Assembly: GCA_963753345.1 (NCBI GenBank)
Contig: CAVWBU010000052.1
Location: forward strand, 1-63,222
Length of the DNA stretch: 63,222 bases
Origin: an uncultured Fibrobacterota bacterium
Lineage (GTDB): Bacteria; Fibrobacterota; Chitinivibrionia; Chitinivibrionales; FEN-1185
Reading direction: 5' to 3'
A program made the position numbers and the translations under genes. Below the pieces are notes generated by a model. It was not told the DNA's origin. It was given only the letters and a program-made list of their open reading frames with translations, and did no database searches. Below are positions 61,458 to 63,222 of this stretch, piece after piece. The stretch's first letter is position 1, and the number at the start of each line of letters is the position of its first letter.

Positions 61458-62873
61458 TTACTTCTTGCAAAATCTTTGCGTTGTCGTGAAACCCTGCTTG
61501 TCAGTTATCCGCACAATGTAGGCACCAGACGAAAATCCTGCAATGCTGAATGTATTATTGTTCACCTGCAGGCTCTTGCGCATGGATTTTCCATTGAGGG
61601 AAACCAGCAAGACCTTTTCAATAGGGCTTGCACTTTGAACAAGAACGACATTATTAGCACCCATCCGTATCGCATGTGAGCTTGCCGGTGATTTCTGCTG
61701 CGCAGCAATCACACCGTCGGGTGGCAGCGGCTCGAACGATCCGATATCAAAGACGAGGGAGTCGAGCGGTTGCGAGCTGCCCACAATGAGCACCGAACTC
61801 TGATTGTTGTTATCGTCAAAGCCAAAACCGTAGGCCTTATTATGAATGCTGATCCTGTGCAGGAGATCGGCGAATTCGCTCCTGATCTTGCTTTTGTGAT
61901 AATAGGTGGAAGGGTTGTTATACCAGCTGGAGTCTCGCGCCACTCCGCGACACAGTGCCGATGAAAGTGGAGCCACAAAGTTAAGACTCATCTGGTCAAA
62001 GCTGTTGTTGGCCCAGATCGACCTCGCGGTGGGCTTGCTCATTTTTCCCGCATTGCTACCGGATACGGTCACCGTATCGGTGCCATTTCCGGTTATCGTC
62101 CAGGTGCTGCCTCCGTATTTGAACGTGAACGGCGATGCCGTCCAGAGTGTCCAGAGAGAATCAAGCATGGGTTTGAAATAGCTGTCGTAGGCGCCTCCAA
62201 CGTAGAACTGGCTGGAGTTTTGCGGCGCCAAAATGCGGGTAGGTTTGATGGAGGCCTGGAAAGGGGCCGACATACTGTCCTTGAAGAGTTTCATGATCTT
62301 TGGCATAGACCAGCCGCTGCTGCTGCTGATGCCGCAACTGTCCAAGAAATGCGTTGAAGACTGACAGACTTTTACGGAATAGGGAAAACCGAAAATATCG
62401 ACCTGGGTCGTATTGCCGCCGAACTGAAGTCCGTTATAGGTGTAGGCCATTTCGTACCAGTCCCAGTAGGCATCCGCCATGGGATCACCCGGGTTCTGGG
62501 GATCGGGTAACGCGAACCCGCCGTCCGAGACGTTTACCAGGAACGGACTGCCGACCGACATATAGAGTCGTCCGCCGCCGACCGCCGTCGGACACCTGAA
62601 ATTGACCATATCGGAAAGACGGACGGAAACAGCAGCATAATTCTTGCCGTTCTTGGTGTAATGCCCTGGCGCATTGGCGTCCGCCGCAACAAAGGGCTGC
62701 ACGGCACCATTTTTGTCAACCCAATATTTATTTTGCACCCAGAATAAGACATAAATCTGGCTATCGGCATACACCTTGGTATTGTTGTGGAATATGACCG
62801 GGAAAGTACCGGTCTGGCCGAACAATGTGGTACTGCATAACGCAATTAGCAAGAAACTGAGGACCTTTTTCAT
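61458..62873 (-). CDS. secreted GH64-like beta-1,3-glucanase with C-terminal secretion domain
   Basis: signal peptide, GGRLY, WDWYE, GNTTQVDIFGFP, AYGFGFDD, T9SS-like tail GAYIVRI. Confidence 0.8.
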   Translation of the reverse strand: MKKVLSFLLIALCSTTLFGQTGTFPVIFHNNTKVYADSQIYVLFWVQNKYWVDKNGAVQPFVAADANAPGHYTKNGKNYAAVSVRLSDMVNFRCPTAVGGGRLYMSVGSPFLVNVSDGGFALPDPQNPGDPMADAYWDWYEMAYTYNGLQFGGNTTQVDIFGFPYSVKVCQSSTHFLDSCGISSSSGWSMPKIMKLFKDSMSAPFQASIKPTRILAPQNSSQFYVGGAYDSYFKPMLDSLWTLWTASPFTFKYGGSTWTITGNGTDTVTVSGSNAGKMSKPTARSIWANNSFDQMSLNFVAPLSSALCRGVARDSSWYNNPSTYYHKSKIRSEFADLLHRISIHNKAYGFGFDDNNNQSSVLIVGSSQPLDSLVFDIGSFEPLPPDGVIAAQQKSPASSHAIRMGANNVVLVQSASPIEKVLLVSLNGKSMRKSLQVNNNTFSIAGFSSGAYIVRITDKQGFTTTQRFCKK

Positions 62874-63222
62874 ACGCTCTCCTATCTGTTAAATGGAATT
62901 TGCATTTCGCATGATCCGGTGCAAGGATGCCCTAATGCTATCAAAGAGCCTTTTTCTCTATTCTACCATAAAATAAGGACAATGACCATTAGCCGGATGA
63001 ATTCCTTGTGGGTACGGCATTTATCTGTTACACGAATTTGTAACGGGGAGCAGAACGGCTGGATACGGCGATTCGAACGGGCTGCATCGAACGGGGTTGG
63101 TGGAATCCTTCGGGCGTGCCGGGTGTGCAGAACGCCTTCACGAACCGGTGAAAAAAACAACAGGGACTTGTGCATACCAAAGCAGTTTGCAAATGCGGAA
63201 GGTCATGATTGAGCGCGTTGTT

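Overview
High-GC bacterial chromosomal segment, probably from an anaerobic polysaccharide degrader. The secreted CAZyme architectures suggest Fibrobacterota/Chitinivibrionia-like origin (inference). The core (about 3.8-55.4 kb) carries pfk, pyk, GH44, GH30, an McsB-like/yedF/rubrerythrin/rubredoxin/zwf run, a CO dehydrogenase/acetyl-CoA synthase cluster, purH, topA, trmFO, a tol operon, rpoD and dnaG. The acs cluster has cooC, a core MetE-like gene, cooC2, cooS, an acsB-acsD fusion and acsC, but no acsE. The tol operon has a lipocalin where pal normally sits. Lower-GC decayed accessory DNA lies at the left end (AAA ATPase, MNT/HEPN pair, 247-bp tandem duplication). More lies right of a tRNA-Arg(TCG) 3' half att site (degenerate integron, GH2, GH64, RelE remnant). 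The most striking feature is non-coding: a dispersed modular element fills many core intergenic spaces. Its order is module A hairpins, a 7/8-mer tandem array, a small hairpin C, TTGAC(T/A), exactly 15 nt, then a multi-stem module B. There are 14 B copies and 7 A copies, with compensatory base changes, back-to-back pairs, a nested 27-nt insert and strand-asymmetric flanks. Single-base frameshifts in pyk, cooS, purH and topA are most likely sequencing indels.
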